DNA of 64,000 nt from Silanimonas sp. (GCF_027530345.1 NZ_JAPZQK010000023.1:19767-83766); one strand, 5' to 3'. Numbered from the stretch's first letter, positions 1 through 10,350 are shown. Made by a program: numbers and translations. Notes: generated by a model from the letters alone, not told the origin.

Positions 1-1
1 G

Positions 2-1003
2 CTGGCCGTGGCCGAGATGCTCCGCGGCGGCACCACCACCTGCAACGAGAACTACTTCTTCCCCGACGTGCAGGCGCAGACCTACAAGCGCCTCGGTTTC
101 CGCGCCACCGTGGGCCTGCCGGTCATCGAGTTCCCTTCGCCCTGGGCCCGGACCACGGCCGAGTACTTCGACAAGGCGCTCGAGGTCTTTGATGCCTGGC
201 GCGGCGACCCGCTGATCCGTTTCGCCTTCGCGCCGCATGCCCCGTACACCGTCTCGGACGCCAGCTTCGAACGCATCGGCATGCTCTCGGCGCAGCTCGA
301 CATCCCGATCCACTGCCATGTCCACGAGACCGCGCAGGAGATCACCGATTCGCAGGCGCAGCACGGCCAGCGCCCGCTGGCGCGGCTGGATCGGTTGGGC
401 ATCGTCGACGCTCGCTTGATCGCCGTGCACATGACCCAGCTCACCGACGGCGAAATCAAGCTCTGCGCTGAGCGCGGCGTGCACATTGCGCATTGCCCGC
501 AGTCGAACCTGAAGCTGGCCTCGGGCTTCTGCCCGGTCGAGGCCCTGCGCACCGCCGGCGTCAACGTGGCCATCGGGACCGACGGCTGCGCCAGCAACAA
601 CGACCTCGACATGTTCGAGGAAACCCGCCATGCCGCCCTGCTGGCCAAGGCCGTGGCCGGCGACGCGCGGGCGCTCGACGCGGCCTCGGCGCTCGAGGCC
701 GCGACGCTGGCCGGTGCCAAGGCCCTCGGCCGCGACGACGAGATCGGCTCGATCGAACCCGGCAAGCAGGCCGATCTGGCGCTCGTGGATCTCAGCGAAC
801 TCGAGCTTCAGCCCTGCTACCACGTGATCTCGCACCTGATCTACGTGGCCACGCGTCATCAGGTCAGCGATGTCTGGATCGCGGGGCGGCCCAAGCTCCG
901 TGATCGCCGACTGATCGACATCGACGCGGAGGCGCTGAAAGCCAAGGCCAAGCAGTGGTCGCGCCGCATCGCCGACATCCCGCGCCCCGGAGCCCAGCCA
1001 TGA
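2..1003 (+). CDS. TRZ/ATZ-family amidohydrolase (MtaD-like deaminase), 5' end outside window
   Basis: [23 protein letters not shown] and [13 protein letters not shown] amidohydrolase motifs; frame open from the window start. Confidence 0.85.
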   Translation: MAVAEMLRGGTTTCNENYFFPDVQAQTYKRLGFRATVGLPVIEFPSPWARTTAEYFDKALEVFDAWRGDPLIRFAFAPHAPYTVSDASFERIGMLSAQLDIPIHCHVHETAQEITDSQAQHGQRPLARLDRLGIVDARLIAVHMTQLTDGEIKLCAERGVHIAHCPQSNLKLASGFCPVEALRTAGVNVAIGTDGCASNNDLDMFEETRHAALLAKAVAGDARALDAASALEAATLAGAKALGRDDEIGSIEPGKQADLALVDLSELELQPCYHVISHLIYVATRHQVSDVWIAGRPKLRDRRLIDIDAEALKAKAKQWSRRIADIPRPGAQP

Positions 1004-1731
1004 GCGGCTCGTCGGCAACAGCGAACGTCAATCCCGCGGAGGTGGCGAAGTTCTCCGCGCTCGCCAACCGCTGGTGGGACCCGGACGGCCCGCAGGCGCC
1101 GCTGCACGTGCTGAATCCAGCGCGTCTCGGCTATGTGTTGGCACGCCAGCCGCTGCGCGGCGCACGCGTGCTCGACGTCGGCTGTGGCGGCGGCCTGCTC
1201 AGCGAGGCCATGGCCCGCGAGGGCGCCCGCGTCCTCGGGCTCGACCTTTCGCCCGAACTGATCGACATCGCCAAGCTGCACCGGCTGGAATCGACGCAGG
1301 GCGGGGCGATCCTCGATCTCGACTATCGCGTGCAGGCGGTCGAATCGCTCGCCGATGCGGAACCGGGAACCTTCGACGCGATCACCTGCATGGAGATGCT
1401 CGAGCACGTGCCGGAACCGGGCAGCATCCTCGAGGCCTGCGCGCGGCTGCTGAAGCCCGGTGGGCGCCTGTTCGTCTCCACCATCAACCGCACGCCGGCG
1501 GCCTTCGCGCTCGCCATCGTCGGGGCGGAGTACATCGCCGGCCTGCTGGCGAAGGGCACCCACGACTACCGCAGCTTCATCAAGCCTTCCGAAATCACGC
1601 GCGTTCTCCGCGCCGTGGGTCTCGACGTCGAGGACGCGAGCGGGCTGCACTACGACCCGCTTCGGAAGACCGCCAAGGTCGCGCCGGGGACGCGAGTGAA
1701 CTACCTCCTGTCCGCACGGAAGCCCGGATGA
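1000..1731 (+). CDS. ubiG: Ubiquinone biosynthesis O-methyltransferase UbiG
   Basis: [34 protein letters not shown] and CMEMLEHVP motifs; ATGA overlap with the upstream stop. Confidence 0.95.
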   Translation: MSGSSATANVNPAEVAKFSALANRWWDPDGPQAPLHVLNPARLGYVLARQPLRGARVLDVGCGGGLLSEAMAREGARVLGLDLSPELIDIAKLHRLESTQGGAILDLDYRVQAVESLADAEPGTFDAITCMEMLEHVPEPGSILEACARLLKPGGRLFVSTINRTPAAFALAIVGAEYIAGLLAKGTHDYRSFIKPSEITRVLRAVGLDVEDASGLHYDPLRKTAKVAPGTRVNYLLSARKPG

Positions 1732-2390
1732 CGTTCCGCGCCGTGTTGTTCGACCTCGACGGGACGCTGGCCGATACCGCGCCCGACCTCATCGCCGCGG
1801 TGAACCGCATCCTCACCGAGGAATCGCGGCCGCCGCTGCCGGACTTGGCGCTGCGACCGCTGGTCTCGAAGGGCGGCCGGGCCCTGTTGGCCCGCGCCTT
1901 CGATGATCTCGCCGAGGAAGCGCGCGAGCCGCTGCTGCCGCGTTTCCTTGCCGCCTATGCCAACGCCCTCGCGGTCCATACCCGGCCCTTCGACGGCATC
2001 GAGGCCCTGCTGGAGGCGATCGAAGCCCGGGGCTGGCCCTGGGGCATCGTCACCAACAAGCCGGAAGGCCTGGCGATCGGCGTGGTCGAGGGGTTGGGCT
2101 GGTCGACGCGTTCGAAGGCCCTCGTGGGCGGCGACACGTTGCCTGTCCGCAAGCCCGCGCCCGAGCCGCTCTGGCTGGCCGCCTCGCAGCTCGGTGTCCC
2201 TCCCGACGCCTGCCTATACGTCGGCGACGATGCGCGCGACGTCGAAGCCGCGAAGGCGGCGGGCATGCCCAGCGTCGCTGCGCTGTGGGGCTATCGCGAA
2301 GCGCACGAGGACCCGCGCAGTTGGGGCGCGACCGTCGATTGTCGCGATGCCGAAGCGCTCCGCCTCTGGTTGGCCGGGCAGGGCACATGA
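1728..2390 (+). CDS. gph: HAD phosphatase (phosphoglycolate phosphatase / MupP-like)
   Basis: [19 protein letters not shown] and [11 protein letters not shown] motifs; follows ubiG with ATGA overlap. Confidence 0.85.
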   Translation: MTFRAVLFDLDGTLADTAPDLIAAVNRILTEESRPPLPDLALRPLVSKGGRALLARAFDDLAEEAREPLLPRFLAAYANALAVHTRPFDGIEALLEAIEARGWPWGIVTNKPEGLAIGVVEGLGWSTRSKALVGGDTLPVRKPAPEPLWLAASQLGVPPDACLYVGDDARDVEAAKAAGMPSVAALWGYREAHEDPRSWGATVDCRDAEALRLWLAGQGT

Positions 2391-3205
2391 GTCCCGCGTC
2401 GTTGGACGAGGGGTTGCGTGCCGCCTTCGCCAAGGCCGAGGCACGCGAGCCGATCCACCGCGCCGCCGCCGGCTTCGTGCCGATGGAATCGCCCGCCGTG
2501 TTCATGGCTTGGGTGGCCCTGCTCGAGGAACTGCGGGAGTGCGTGTTCGAGCTCTCGGACCCTCGCGTCACGGCGGTGAAGTCGGGATGGTGGGCCGAGG
2601 AACTCGATGGGGTCGCCCGTGGAGCGGCGCGGCACCCGCTCACCCGCGCGCTCGTGCGCAGCGGCGGCCCCTGGGGCGGCGTCGGCGGTGCGGTGCTCGC
2701 CGTGGCGAGCGACGATGCGCCAGCGGCTGATCTCGAGGGCGCCATCACTGTCCTTCGCCCGCTCGCCGAGGCACTGGTCCGCGTCGAAGCCCACCTGTTC
2801 GGCGCCGAAGCCAACATCGGGGCTCCGGCCCGCAGCCTCGCCGTGCACTGGTTGCGGCTTCGGCTCGAACGCGGCCTCGAGGCGAGCGACCGCGGCCGCG
2901 TGCCGCTCATGTTGTTCGCCCGTCATGGCCTCCGCCGTGACCAACTGGTCGGCACGGAGGCCGACGCCCTTCGTCGTGACTGGGCGATGCAGTTGCACGA
3001 TGCCTTGCCCGCCACGCCGCCGCAGGGTTGGGCGTATCCCCGCCTGATCGGGTTGCACGCCGATCGCCGCGCGCTCCGGTGCGCTGCCGAAGGTCGGGGC
3101 GCGTCGCGCGGCATCACCACGGGCTTCTTCGAGGTCTGGCAGGCGTGGCGTTGCGCCCGCAACGCTGCATTGCGGGTCCACCCTCCGGCCAACCACGCGA
3201 CTTGA
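2387..3205 (+). CDS. Squalene/phytoene synthase-like protein with degenerate aspartate motif
   Basis: SDPRVTAVKSGWWAEEL...RHPL resembles the HpnD/CrtB N-terminal helices; ATGA overlap with gph. Confidence 0.6.
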   Translation: MSPASLDEGLRAAFAKAEAREPIHRAAAGFVPMESPAVFMAWVALLEELRECVFELSDPRVTAVKSGWWAEELDGVARGAARHPLTRALVRSGGPWGGVGGAVLAVASDDAPAADLEGAITVLRPLAEALVRVEAHLFGAEANIGAPARSLAVHWLRLRLERGLEASDRGRVPLMLFARHGLRRDQLVGTEADALRRDWAMQLHDALPATPPQGWAYPRLIGLHADRRALRCAAEGRGASRGITTGFFEVWQAWRCARNAALRVHPPANHAT

Positions 3206-3260
3206 CGTACGCTGCACCCGCACCCACTTAGGGTGCCAGCCTTTACCGACCGGACCCCCC

Positions 3261-4214
3261 ATGTCCCCGACCCGCGAAAACGTCGTCCGCATCATGCCGG
3301 ACATCGCCAACGACGCCCGACCCGCAACGGCGGGCCAACTCGCTTGGGTGGGCATGGGCGAAATCGAAGCCCCCGTCCGCGTCGCTACCGCTGGCGCCGA
3401 GTCGGTCGCCGTACCGGCCCGCATCAAGGCCTTCGTCAACCTGCATCGCGCCGACGTGCGCGGCATCCACATGTCGCGCCTGTACCTGCACCTCGACCGC
3501 CATCTGGCCGCCGAACCCCTGAGTGCGAACAGCCTGCGCCGCCTGCTGCGCGATTTTCTCGATTCGCATGCCGACTTGTCGGATCGCGCGATGGTCGAGA
3601 TCCGTTTCGACCACCTGCTGCGCCGCAAGGCATTGGTGAGCGACAACACCGGCTGGAAGGCCTACCCGGTGACCCTCGTCGCCACCCTTGACCGGGCGGG
3701 TTTCGAGCTCGAACTCGGGGTGCAGGTGGCCTATTCCAGCACCTGCCCGTGCTCGGCGGCCTTGGCGCGCCAGCTCATCCAGGAGCAGTTCCGCAACGAC
3801 TTCGCCGCCGGTGGACCGGTCGATGCCGATGCGGTGCTGCGTTGGTTGGGTTCGGAACAGGGCATCGTTGCGACGCCACACAGCCAGCGCAGCCACGCCG
3901 ACGTCAAGGTGCGGCTGGCGTCGAACGTGAGCGAGCTGCCGATCGTCGACCTCGTCGACCGCATCGAAGGGTCCCTCAAGACGCCCGTGCAGACCGCCGT
4001 GAAGCGCGAGGACGAGCAGGCCTTCGCCCGACTCAACGGCCAGAACCTGATGTTCTGCGAAGACGCCGCTCGCCGGATGCAGTCGGCCCTCCAGACTGAC
4101 GAGCGCATCGCCGACTTCTGGCTGCGCGCCTCGCATTTCGAAAGCCTGCACGCCCACGATGCCGTTGCGGTGGCCGTGAAGGGCGTCGAAGGCGGCTACG
4201 GTCCCCGAGGCTGA
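3261..4214 (+). CDS. folE2: GTP cyclohydrolase FolE2
   Basis: RGIHMSRL, YSSTCPCS, TPHSQRS, VKREDEQAFA, MFCEDAAR and ESLHAHDA motifs. Confidence 0.93.
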   Translation: MSPTRENVVRIMPDIANDARPATAGQLAWVGMGEIEAPVRVATAGAESVAVPARIKAFVNLHRADVRGIHMSRLYLHLDRHLAAEPLSANSLRRLLRDFLDSHADLSDRAMVEIRFDHLLRRKALVSDNTGWKAYPVTLVATLDRAGFELELGVQVAYSSTCPCSAALARQLIQEQFRNDFAAGGPVDADAVLRWLGSEQGIVATPHSQRSHADVKVRLASNVSELPIVDLVDRIEGSLKTPVQTAVKREDEQAFARLNGQNLMFCEDAARRMQSALQTDERIADFWLRASHFESLHAHDAVAVAVKGVEGGYGPRG

Positions 4215-4244
4215 GGTTCGCGCGGGAAAACGACCCGGGGCGCC

Positions 4245-4454
4245 TCAGGGCACCGGGTCGATGCCCCCCGGATGCAGCGGGTGGCAGCGGCAGACGCGCT
4301 TCGTGCCCAACCACACCCCCTTGGCCGTGCCGTGCTTCTGCACGGCCTCGTACATGTACATGGAACACGTGGGGTGGAAGCGGCAGTGCTGGCCCAGCAA
4401 GGGGCTGATGAAGCGCTTGTAGCCGCGCAGGCTGGCGAGGACGAGGCGCTTCAA
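4245..4454 (-). CDS. yidD: Membrane protein insertion efficiency factor YidD (69 aa, TTG start)
   Basis: [22 protein letters not shown]...[14 protein letters not shown] signature at the C-terminus of the 4245..5114 ORF. Confidence 0.9.
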   Translation of the reverse strand: MKRLVLASLRGYKRFISPLLGQHCRFHPTCSMYMYEAVQKHGTAKGVWLGTKRVCRCHPLHPGGIDPVP

Positions 4455-4479
4455 TATCGGACTTCCGCGAGTCGGCGGG

Positions 4480-4508
4480 TTGCCCCGCTGGGGCCGAAAG
4501 GCTATAAC
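4480..4508 (+). promoter_or_regulatory. Sigma70-type promoter of dksA
   Basis: TTGCCC (4480-4485), 17-nt spacer, TATAAC (4503-4508), then a GC-rich discriminator. Confidence 0.65.
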
Positions 4509-4545
4509 ACGCCGCCGCAACGGCTCAACGACCCAGAGGAACCTC

Positions 4546-5110
4546 GTGGCTGCCAAGAAACCCGCGAAAAGAGTTGCCAAGGCCCCGGCCAAGAAGAGCA
4601 GTGCGGTCGGAAAAGTGGCGAAGGCGGTCGGCAAAGTCGCCAGCGCGGTTAAGAAGGCGGTTTCGACCCCGGCGAAGAAGGCGCCCGCGAGCAAGGCCAA
4701 GCCGGCTGCAAAGCCCGCTGCCAAGCCGGCCAAGGCCGCCGTGAAGGCCCCGGCCAAGAAGGCCGCCAAGCCCGCGCCGAAGCCCGCTGCCAGCCCCGCA
4801 CCGAAAACGATCGCCAAGTCGAAGCCCGCGCCCGCCAAGGCGCCGGTGAAGGCCCCGGCCAAGGCCGCCGCGAAGCCTGTGGCCAAGCCGGCGTCCAAGG
4901 CTCCGGTGAAGGCTCCCGCGAAGCCCGCCGCCGCCCCGGTGAAAGCCACGGCTCCGGCCAAGGCGCCCGCCGCCGTCGTGAAGGCCGAGACGCCTGCGAA
5001 GGCGGCCGCCGCAACGCCCAAGGCGAACCCGGCCCCCGCACCCAAACCCACCACCCCCACGGCAACCCCGGCGAAGGCCGGCGCGCGTCCTGCGGAAACG
5101 AAGCCCAGCG
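4546..5110 (+). repeat. Low-complexity PAKK/KPAAK peptide repeats (histone H1-like)
   Basis: Repeated AAGCCCGCC/GCCAAG/CCGGCC units encoding KAPAKK, KPAAK and KAPVKAPAK. Confidence 0.85.
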
Positions 5111-5592
5111 GCAACCGCGCCGGCTACGTGAAGCCGGAGCGCCCCCGTGAAGAACCGAAGCGACCCAACCAAGTGATTGAACGCGTCACCCTCCCGGCCG
5201 GCTACAAGCCGAACCCGAAGGAGGAGTACATGAACTCCTTCCAGCTCGAGTACTTCCGCCAGAAACTCATGGGCTGGCGCCAGGAGCTGGTCGAAGAGTC
5301 CCAGCAGACCATCGAGAACCTCAAGGAAGAAGTGCGCGATGTCGGCGACGAGGCCGAGCGGGCGACCCGCGAAACCGAGAACGCCCTCGAGCTGCGTACT
5401 CGCGACCGCTACCGCAAGCTGATCAACAAGATCGACAGCACCATCCGTCGCCTTGACGAGGGCGACTATGGCTTCTGCGTCGACACCGGCGAGCCGATCG
5501 GCCTTGATCGCCTCGAAGCACGCCCGACCGCCGAGCGTACGCTCGACGCGCAAGAGCGCTGGGAGCACCTGCAGAAGCAGATGGGCGACTAG
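4546..5592 (+). CDS. dksA: DksA with a long Lys/Ala/Pro-rich N-terminal extension
   Basis: GTG start after AGAGGA; C-terminal [29 protein letters not shown] and [22 protein letters not shown]. Confidence 0.9.
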   Translation: MAAKKPAKRVAKAPAKKSSAVGKVAKAVGKVASAVKKAVSTPAKKAPASKAKPAAKPAAKPAKAAVKAPAKKAAKPAPKPAASPAPKTIAKSKPAPAKAPVKAPAKAAAKPVAKPASKAPVKAPAKPAAAPVKATAPAKAPAAVVKAETPAKAAAATPKANPAPAPKPTTPTATPAKAGARPAETKPSGNRAGYVKPERPREEPKRPNQVIERVTLPAGYKPNPKEEYMNSFQLEYFRQKLMGWRQELVEESQQTIENLKEEVRDVGDEAERATRETENALELRTRDRYRKLINKIDSTIRRLDEGDYGFCVDTGEPIGLDRLEARPTAERTLDAQERWEHLQKQMGD

Positions 5593-5632
5593 CCTGGAGC
5601 GGTCACCGTCCTCGTCTCCGGGCGGACAAGGC

Positions 5633-5670
5633 GAAACAGCAAGCCCCGCGAACGCGGGGCTTGCTGTTTC
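5633..5670. terminator. Bidirectional intrinsic terminator between dksA and the DUF885 gene
   Basis: Perfect 18-bp inverted repeat GAAACAGCAAGCCCCGCG-AA-CGCGGGGCTTGCTGTTTC between convergent genes. Confidence 0.85.
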
Positions 5671-5741
5671 TGGCGTCGCGAACTCGAAGATCGCGCTTCG
5701 TTGGGAGTTATGCGTTACGGAGCCTGCGCGCCGCCCGTCGC

Positions 5742-7586
5742 TCAGCGCGCGCTGGCGTTGGCCGGGTTGTCGAGGAAGCGCCAGGATTCGCCCGGCGCTT
5801 CGCCGCCCACGCGTTCGAACAGGCGCTCGCGCAGGAAACGGATCGGCATCGAGCCCTCGCGCATCACGCGGTCGTGGAATTCGCGCTCGCTCCAGCCGCC
5901 GCGGGTGACGCGCTCTTCGTGCAGGGCGCGGAACTGCCATCCGCCCACGAGGTAGGCCACTTGGTAGAGCGGGCCGTAGTCGCCGGCGATCGAGCGTCGC
6001 ACCTCGGCCTTGGCATTTTCCGGCTCGTGGCCCACGCGATCGACGAGCAGCGCCACGGCCTCGTCGGGCGTCATGCGGCCCGACTGCACGCCCAGCGAGA
6101 AGAGGATCCGCGCGGCGCGATGGCTGCGCCAGAACAGCATGCCGACACGGTCCTCGGGCGTCGCCGCGAAGCCCATGTCGTAGAGGCGTAGCTCCCAGTA
6201 GAGCGCCCAGCCTTCGGTCCAGAACGGGCTGTCGAAGCTCGACCGGTGGGTGCTGTGGCGCTGGGCGTACCAGTGCTGCAGGTGGTGGCCGGGGATCAGC
6301 TCGTGGTGGACCACGGCGCGGGAGAAATGCCGGTTGTTGCCGCGCAGCGCGTTGAGCTTGCGCTCGTGCGGCATGCCATCGGTGGGAAACGCCACCCAGA
6401 CGTCCTGGCCGCCGAGGAAGAACGGCGCCTGCAGCTGGTACTCCGGCGTGAGCATCGTCATGCGCCAGTCGCGCTTCGCACCGTCCGGAACGGTCAGCAG
6501 GTCGCGGGCTTCAAGAAAGTGCACCGCCTCGTCCGCCAGTTCGACCACGAGGCGGGGTTGTTCTCCCGGGGCGACGTGGTGCTGCTTGACGCGTTCCAGC
6601 GCCTCCCGCCAGTCGCGCGCCCCCATCTCACGGGCGGCCTTGTCCATCTCGGCCTGGCACCAGGCCAGCTCCTTCTCAGCCGCCGCCATCAGCTCCGCCG
6701 GGCTGTAGTCGACACCTTCGGCGGCCAGCGCCTCGGCGATCGCCGCGTCGCCGATCGGATCCGCACGCAGCGTTTCCGGATCAGCGGCACCGCCCAGCGT
6801 GTCGCGCAGCAGCTTGCCGTGCGCTTCGAGCTGTTTGTCGAGCGCGGCGTAGGGCGCATCGACCCACCAGCTGAACTGCGGGTCGTAGCCGGACTGGTAG
6901 GTGTGCCAATCCTCCAGCCCACGACGCAGGGCGGAGGCATGTTGCGCCGCGCGCAGCGCGAGGGTGGGCGAGACCTCGGGCGCACCGCTGGCCGCGGTGA
7001 GGCGGCTGGCGCGAGCCTCGAGGTCGCGACGCACGCGCTCAAGGACATCGGCCGTGCGGCGCGGGTCGGCCTGGCGCAGGTCGCGGCGAGCCTCCAGCAG
7101 GGCGACGAGGTCGTCGTAGCCGGGAAGCAGTCCGCGCAGGGCCTCGTAGCGCTCCTTGCCGAAGGTTTGTGCCGTCGCGTCCAAGGCGAGCTCACGCTGC
7201 AGCAACAGGCGGTCCAGGCGGTCGTCCTGGTTCAGCGTGTTCGTGTCGAGTTCGGCGAGCCGCGCCTGCCAATTGGCGACGAGCCCGGCCCGCAGCTGTG
7301 CCCGACTCGGGGCGTAGAGCGGCTCGCGTCCGTCATCGACCAGGGACCGTACGTGCTCCAAGGCCTCGCGGTCGGCCCGGTAACGGGTAATCAGCGGTCG
7401 AAGCCGCGACGCCGGCTCTTCCGGCATGGCCGAGATCGGCGGAGGCGCGAAGCGGGCCGGCTCGATGGTGATCTCAGCCGGCGTGGAAGAAGCGGGCGCC
7501 GCTTCGGCACTGCGAGCCACCACGTCGTCCAGCGGCGCCGCGCACAGCACTGCCATCACGGCGAGGGTCAAGGGGCGAAGCGTCAT
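5742..7586 (-). CDS. DUF885 family protein (secreted, metallopeptidase-like)
   Basis: Signal peptide; HHELIPGHHLQ, FWTEGWALYWE and YQVAYLVGG motifs; ATGA overlap with the sufE stop. Confidence 0.8.
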   Translation of the reverse strand: MTLRPLTLAVMAVLCAAPLDDVVARSAEAAPASSTPAEITIEPARFAPPPISAMPEEPASRLRPLITRYRADREALEHVRSLVDDGREPLYAPSRAQLRAGLVANWQARLAELDTNTLNQDDRLDRLLLQRELALDATAQTFGKERYEALRGLLPGYDDLVALLEARRDLRQADPRRTADVLERVRRDLEARASRLTAASGAPEVSPTLALRAAQHASALRRGLEDWHTYQSGYDPQFSWWVDAPYAALDKQLEAHGKLLRDTLGGAADPETLRADPIGDAAIAEALAAEGVDYSPAELMAAAEKELAWCQAEMDKAAREMGARDWREALERVKQHHVAPGEQPRLVVELADEAVHFLEARDLLTVPDGAKRDWRMTMLTPEYQLQAPFFLGGQDVWVAFPTDGMPHERKLNALRGNNRHFSRAVVHHELIPGHHLQHWYAQRHSTHRSSFDSPFWTEGWALYWELRLYDMGFAATPEDRVGMLFWRSHRAARILFSLGVQSGRMTPDEAVALLVDRVGHEPENAKAEVRRSIAGDYGPLYQVAYLVGGWQFRALHEERVTRGGWSEREFHDRVMREGSMPIRFLRERLFERVGGEAPGESWRFLDNPANASAR

Positions 7587-8050
7587 GCGGGCTCTCCAGC
7601 GCGGCGCGCGGTGTCCTGGATGAAGGCGAGCAGGGCGGCCAACCCGTTGCTGCGGGTCGGCGACAGGTGCTTTGCGAGCCCGATCGTCGCGATGTAGTCG
7701 GGCGTCGTGGCGAGGATCTCGGCCGCGCTGCGCCCTGAGTAGACGCGCAGCGCGAGGTGGATCAGCCCGGAGACGATCGAGGAATCGCTGATCGCGTGGA
7801 AGTCGAGCTTGGCGGCATTGCCTTGTGCCACGATCCAGACCTTCGACTGGCAGCCGAGCAGCCGGTGTTCCTCGGTCTTCCATGCCTCGGGCAGTTCAGG
7901 CAGCTTGCGACCGAGGTCGATCAGGTACTGGTAGCGCTCGGTCCAGTCGCCGAAGAAGCCGAACTCTTCGGCAATCGCCGCTTGGGCCTCGGCCGCGGTC
8001 GCCTCCATGGGGAAGGGCGAGATGGGTGGCGTCACGACCGGGGTGTTCAC
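7583..8050 (-). CDS. sufE: SufE family Fe-S sulfur-transfer protein
   Basis: [33 protein letters not shown] and LSPTRSNGL motifs. Confidence 0.92.
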   Translation of the reverse strand: MNTPVVTPPISPFPMEATAAEAQAAIAEEFGFFGDWTERYQYLIDLGRKLPELPEAWKTEEHRLLGCQSKVWIVAQGNAAKLDFHAISDSSIVSGLIHLALRVYSGRSAAEILATTPDYIATIGLAKHLSPTRSNGLAALLAFIQDTARRAGEPA

Positions 8051-9459
8051 GCGCGCTTCCTCGACCAGCGCACGCCCTGCGGCGTGTCCTCGAGCACGAT
8101 GCCGGCAGCGGCGAGTTCATCGCGGATGGCATCGGCGCGAGCGAAATCGCGGGCCTTCTTGGCGGCCGTCCGCTCGGCGACCAGGGCGTCGATGCGCGCG
8201 TCGTCATCGTTGGCCGAACCCTTGCCGAACCAGGCCTCCGGATGCTGCTGGAGCAGGCCCAGCGCGGCACCGGCGCCGAGCAGTTCGGCCTTGGCATCGC
8301 GAGCTTTCACGATGGCCTGCGCCACGGCGGCGTCGCCCGAGGCCTGCAGGAACTCGCGCTGCGCGGCGCGCACTTCGCCCGCGATCCGCGACAGCTCCGC
8401 CAGCGCGGCGGGCGTGTTCAGATCATCGGCGAGCGCGAACTCGACCGCCTCCGGCAACACCGGGGCCGCCTCGACGTCAGCGAGGTCGCGCAGCGTCCCG
8501 TACAGACGATCAAGGGTGTTGATGCTCTGTTCGATCAGGGCCGGAGACCAGTCCAGCGGCTGCCGGTAATGGGCGGAGAGCAGGGCGTAGCGCAGGGCCT
8601 CGGCCGGGTAGTCCTTCAGCAGCTCATGCACGGTGCGGATATTGCCGACCGACTTCGACATCTTGCTGCCGTCAAAGGTGAGCATGCCGTTGTGCAGCCA
8701 CCAACGGGCGAAGGTCGTGCCGCTGGCGCACTGGCTCTGGGCGATCTCGTTCTCGTGGTGAGGGAACTGCAGGTCCACGCCGCCAGCGTGGATGTCGATG
8801 GTGTCGCCGAAGTGCGCGTGGCACATGGCCGAGCACTCGATATGCCAGCCCGGGCGGCCGCGGCCCCAGGGCGAATCCCAGCCCGGGAGTTCCGGGGTGC
8901 TGGGCTTCCAGAGGACGAAATCACCGCCATCGCGCTTGTAGGGGGCCACCTCGACGCGGGCGCCGGCCAGCATTTCATCCGTGCTGCGGCGGGAGAGGGC
9001 GCCGTATTGGGCGTAGGTCGAGACCTGGAAGAGCACGTGGCCGTCGGCGGCGTAGGCGTGCCCCTTCGCGATCAAGCGCTCGATCATCGCGATGATGTCG
9101 GCGATGTGGTGGGTGGCATGCGGCTCGATATCCGGCAGCTTCACGCCGATCGCGCCCATGTCCTCGCGATAGATCGCGGTGAACTTCTCGGTGATGGCCG
9201 TGATCGGCACCTTCTGCTCGATGGCCGACTGGTTGATCTTGTCGTCCACGTCGGTGATGTTCCGGGCGTAGACGACCTTCGGGAAATGGCGCCGCAGCAG
9301 ATCGGCGAGCACGCCGAACACGACCGGTCCCCGGGCGTTCCCGATGTGGGCGTAGTTGTAGACCGTGGGGCCGCAGACGTACATCGTGACGCGGTCCGGA
9401 TGGGCGGGCTGGAAGTCCTCGACCTGTCGGGAAAGGCTGTTGAAGAGACGGATCGCCAC
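8047..9459 (-). CDS. cysS: Cysteine--tRNA ligase
   Basis: [15 protein letters not shown] (HIGH), [10 protein letters not shown] and KMSKS motifs; GTG start at 9459. Confidence 0.97.
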   Translation of the reverse strand: MAIRLFNSLSRQVEDFQPAHPDRVTMYVCGPTVYNYAHIGNARGPVVFGVLADLLRRHFPKVVYARNITDVDDKINQSAIEQKVPITAITEKFTAIYREDMGAIGVKLPDIEPHATHHIADIIAMIERLIAKGHAYAADGHVLFQVSTYAQYGALSRRSTDEMLAGARVEVAPYKRDGGDFVLWKPSTPELPGWDSPWGRGRPGWHIECSAMCHAHFGDTIDIHAGGVDLQFPHHENEIAQSQCASGTTFARWWLHNGMLTFDGSKMSKSVGNIRTVHELLKDYPAEALRYALLSAHYRQPLDWSPALIEQSINTLDRLYGTLRDLADVEAAPVLPEAVEFALADDLNTPAALAELSRIAGEVRAAQREFLQASGDAAVAQAIVKARDAKAELLGAGAALGLLQQHPEAWFGKGSANDDDARIDALVAERTAAKKARDFARADAIRDELAAAGIVLEDTPQGVRWSRKRA

Positions 9460-9587
9460 GGGGCCTCGGGGCTGACTGAACACGGCCTTGGAGTGTAGCA
9501 ACCGGCCCCTTCGGCTTAACGGAAATCTTAGGCCTCGGTTCAGCCGCTCGGTGCTGGAATTCGGACTGTCCGACACACCCGGAGCCC

Positions 9588-10151
9588 TTGATGATCCTCA
9601 CCCCGCGCCACGCCTTGGTTGTTGCCGTCGCTGTCGCCTCGGGCGCTGCTTCGGCCCAGTACCGCGATGACTACGCGCCGGCCTACGCCTCGGGCCAGGA
9701 GAACGTGTCGTACGCGTATGCGCAGGTCACCCGCGTCGACCCGATCTACGAAACCGTTCGCACCCGCACGCCGGAAGAGGTCTGTGGCGGCGAGGAAATC
9801 CGCGAGGTGCGCCGCTCGAACGGCGGAACCGTGGTGGGCGCGCTTGTCGGCGCCGCCCTCGGCAATACGGTGGGCAGTGGCGATGGCCGCCAGGCGGCGA
9901 CCGTGGCCGGTGCCGTGATCGGTGGCGCGATCGGCCGCAATTCCGACAAGAACAACGAACGGGTCGTCGTCCGTGACGCCGGTTGCCGCGTGGTCGACGT
10001 GGAGCGTGAGCAGCGCCGCGTCGCCTCCTACGACGTCGAGTACGTCCATCAGGGTCAGACCTACATGTCGCGCCTGCCCTACGATCCGGGTGATCGCCTG
10101 CGCGTGCGCGTGGCCGTGACGCCCGTGGACGAGGGCACGGCCTACCGCTGA
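9588..10151 (+). CDS. Glycine-zipper 2TM domain protein (YcfJ-like)
   Basis: Signal peptide; [33 protein letters not shown]; C-terminal YDVEY...[14 protein letters not shown]. Confidence 0.85.
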   Translation: MMILTPRHALVVAVAVASGAASAQYRDDYAPAYASGQENVSYAYAQVTRVDPIYETVRTRTPEEVCGGEEIREVRRSNGGTVVGALVGAALGNTVGSGDGRQAATVAGAVIGGAIGRNSDKNNERVVVRDAGCRVVDVEREQRRVASYDVEYVHQGQTYMSRLPYDPGDRLRVRVAVTPVDEGTAYR

Positions 10152-10174
10152 GGCCAGCCTATGCGGTCCATCGG

Positions 10175-10202
10175 AGCGCCCTTCGGGGCGCTTCGTCGTT
10201 TC
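10175..10202 (+). terminator. Intrinsic terminator of the glycine-zipper gene
   Basis: AGCGCCC-TTCG-GGGCGCT hairpin (UUCG tetraloop) followed by TCGTCGTTTT. Confidence 0.7.
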
Positions 10203-10245
10203 AGGGCTTGCGCCCGCACGCCGGCTCTGCGACCCTTCGCCCCCT

Positions 10246-10350
10246 ATGTCCACCTTCCTGCCCGCTTTCGGCGTCCTGACCTCGGCCTACATGGCCGCCG
10301 GGATGACGTCTCGTGCGCGCCGACCGGAATCCCGCCAAGCCGCTGGGTAA
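10246..10350 (+). CDS. Putative arg operon leader peptide, 34 aa: MSTFLPAFGVLTSAYMAAGMTSRARRPESRQAAG
   Basis: Translated by hand (below the ORF-track cutoff). Four Arg codons (CGT, CGC, CGA, CGC) cluster in the last 12 codons, just upstream of the hairpin preceding argF'. Confidence 0.6.
   Translation: MSTFLPAFGVLTSAYMAAGMTSRARRPESRQAAG

Noticed and set aside
3202-3236. TTGACG plus a GCACCC/GGGTGC hairpin upstream of folE2 as a Zur box or riboswitch
   Set aside because: No matching -10 at proper spacing and no recognisable Zur or riboswitch consensus.
4546-5110. Repetitive DNA as a CRISPR array or VNTR
   Set aside because: The repeats are degenerate, in-frame and peptide-level, with no repeat-spacer structure or cas genes.
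9459-9588. T-box or riboswitch upstream of cysS; weak TTAA/TTCA repeats
   Set aside because: No T-box motifs, the region is too short, and the repeat spacing is inconsistent (12 then 11 bp).
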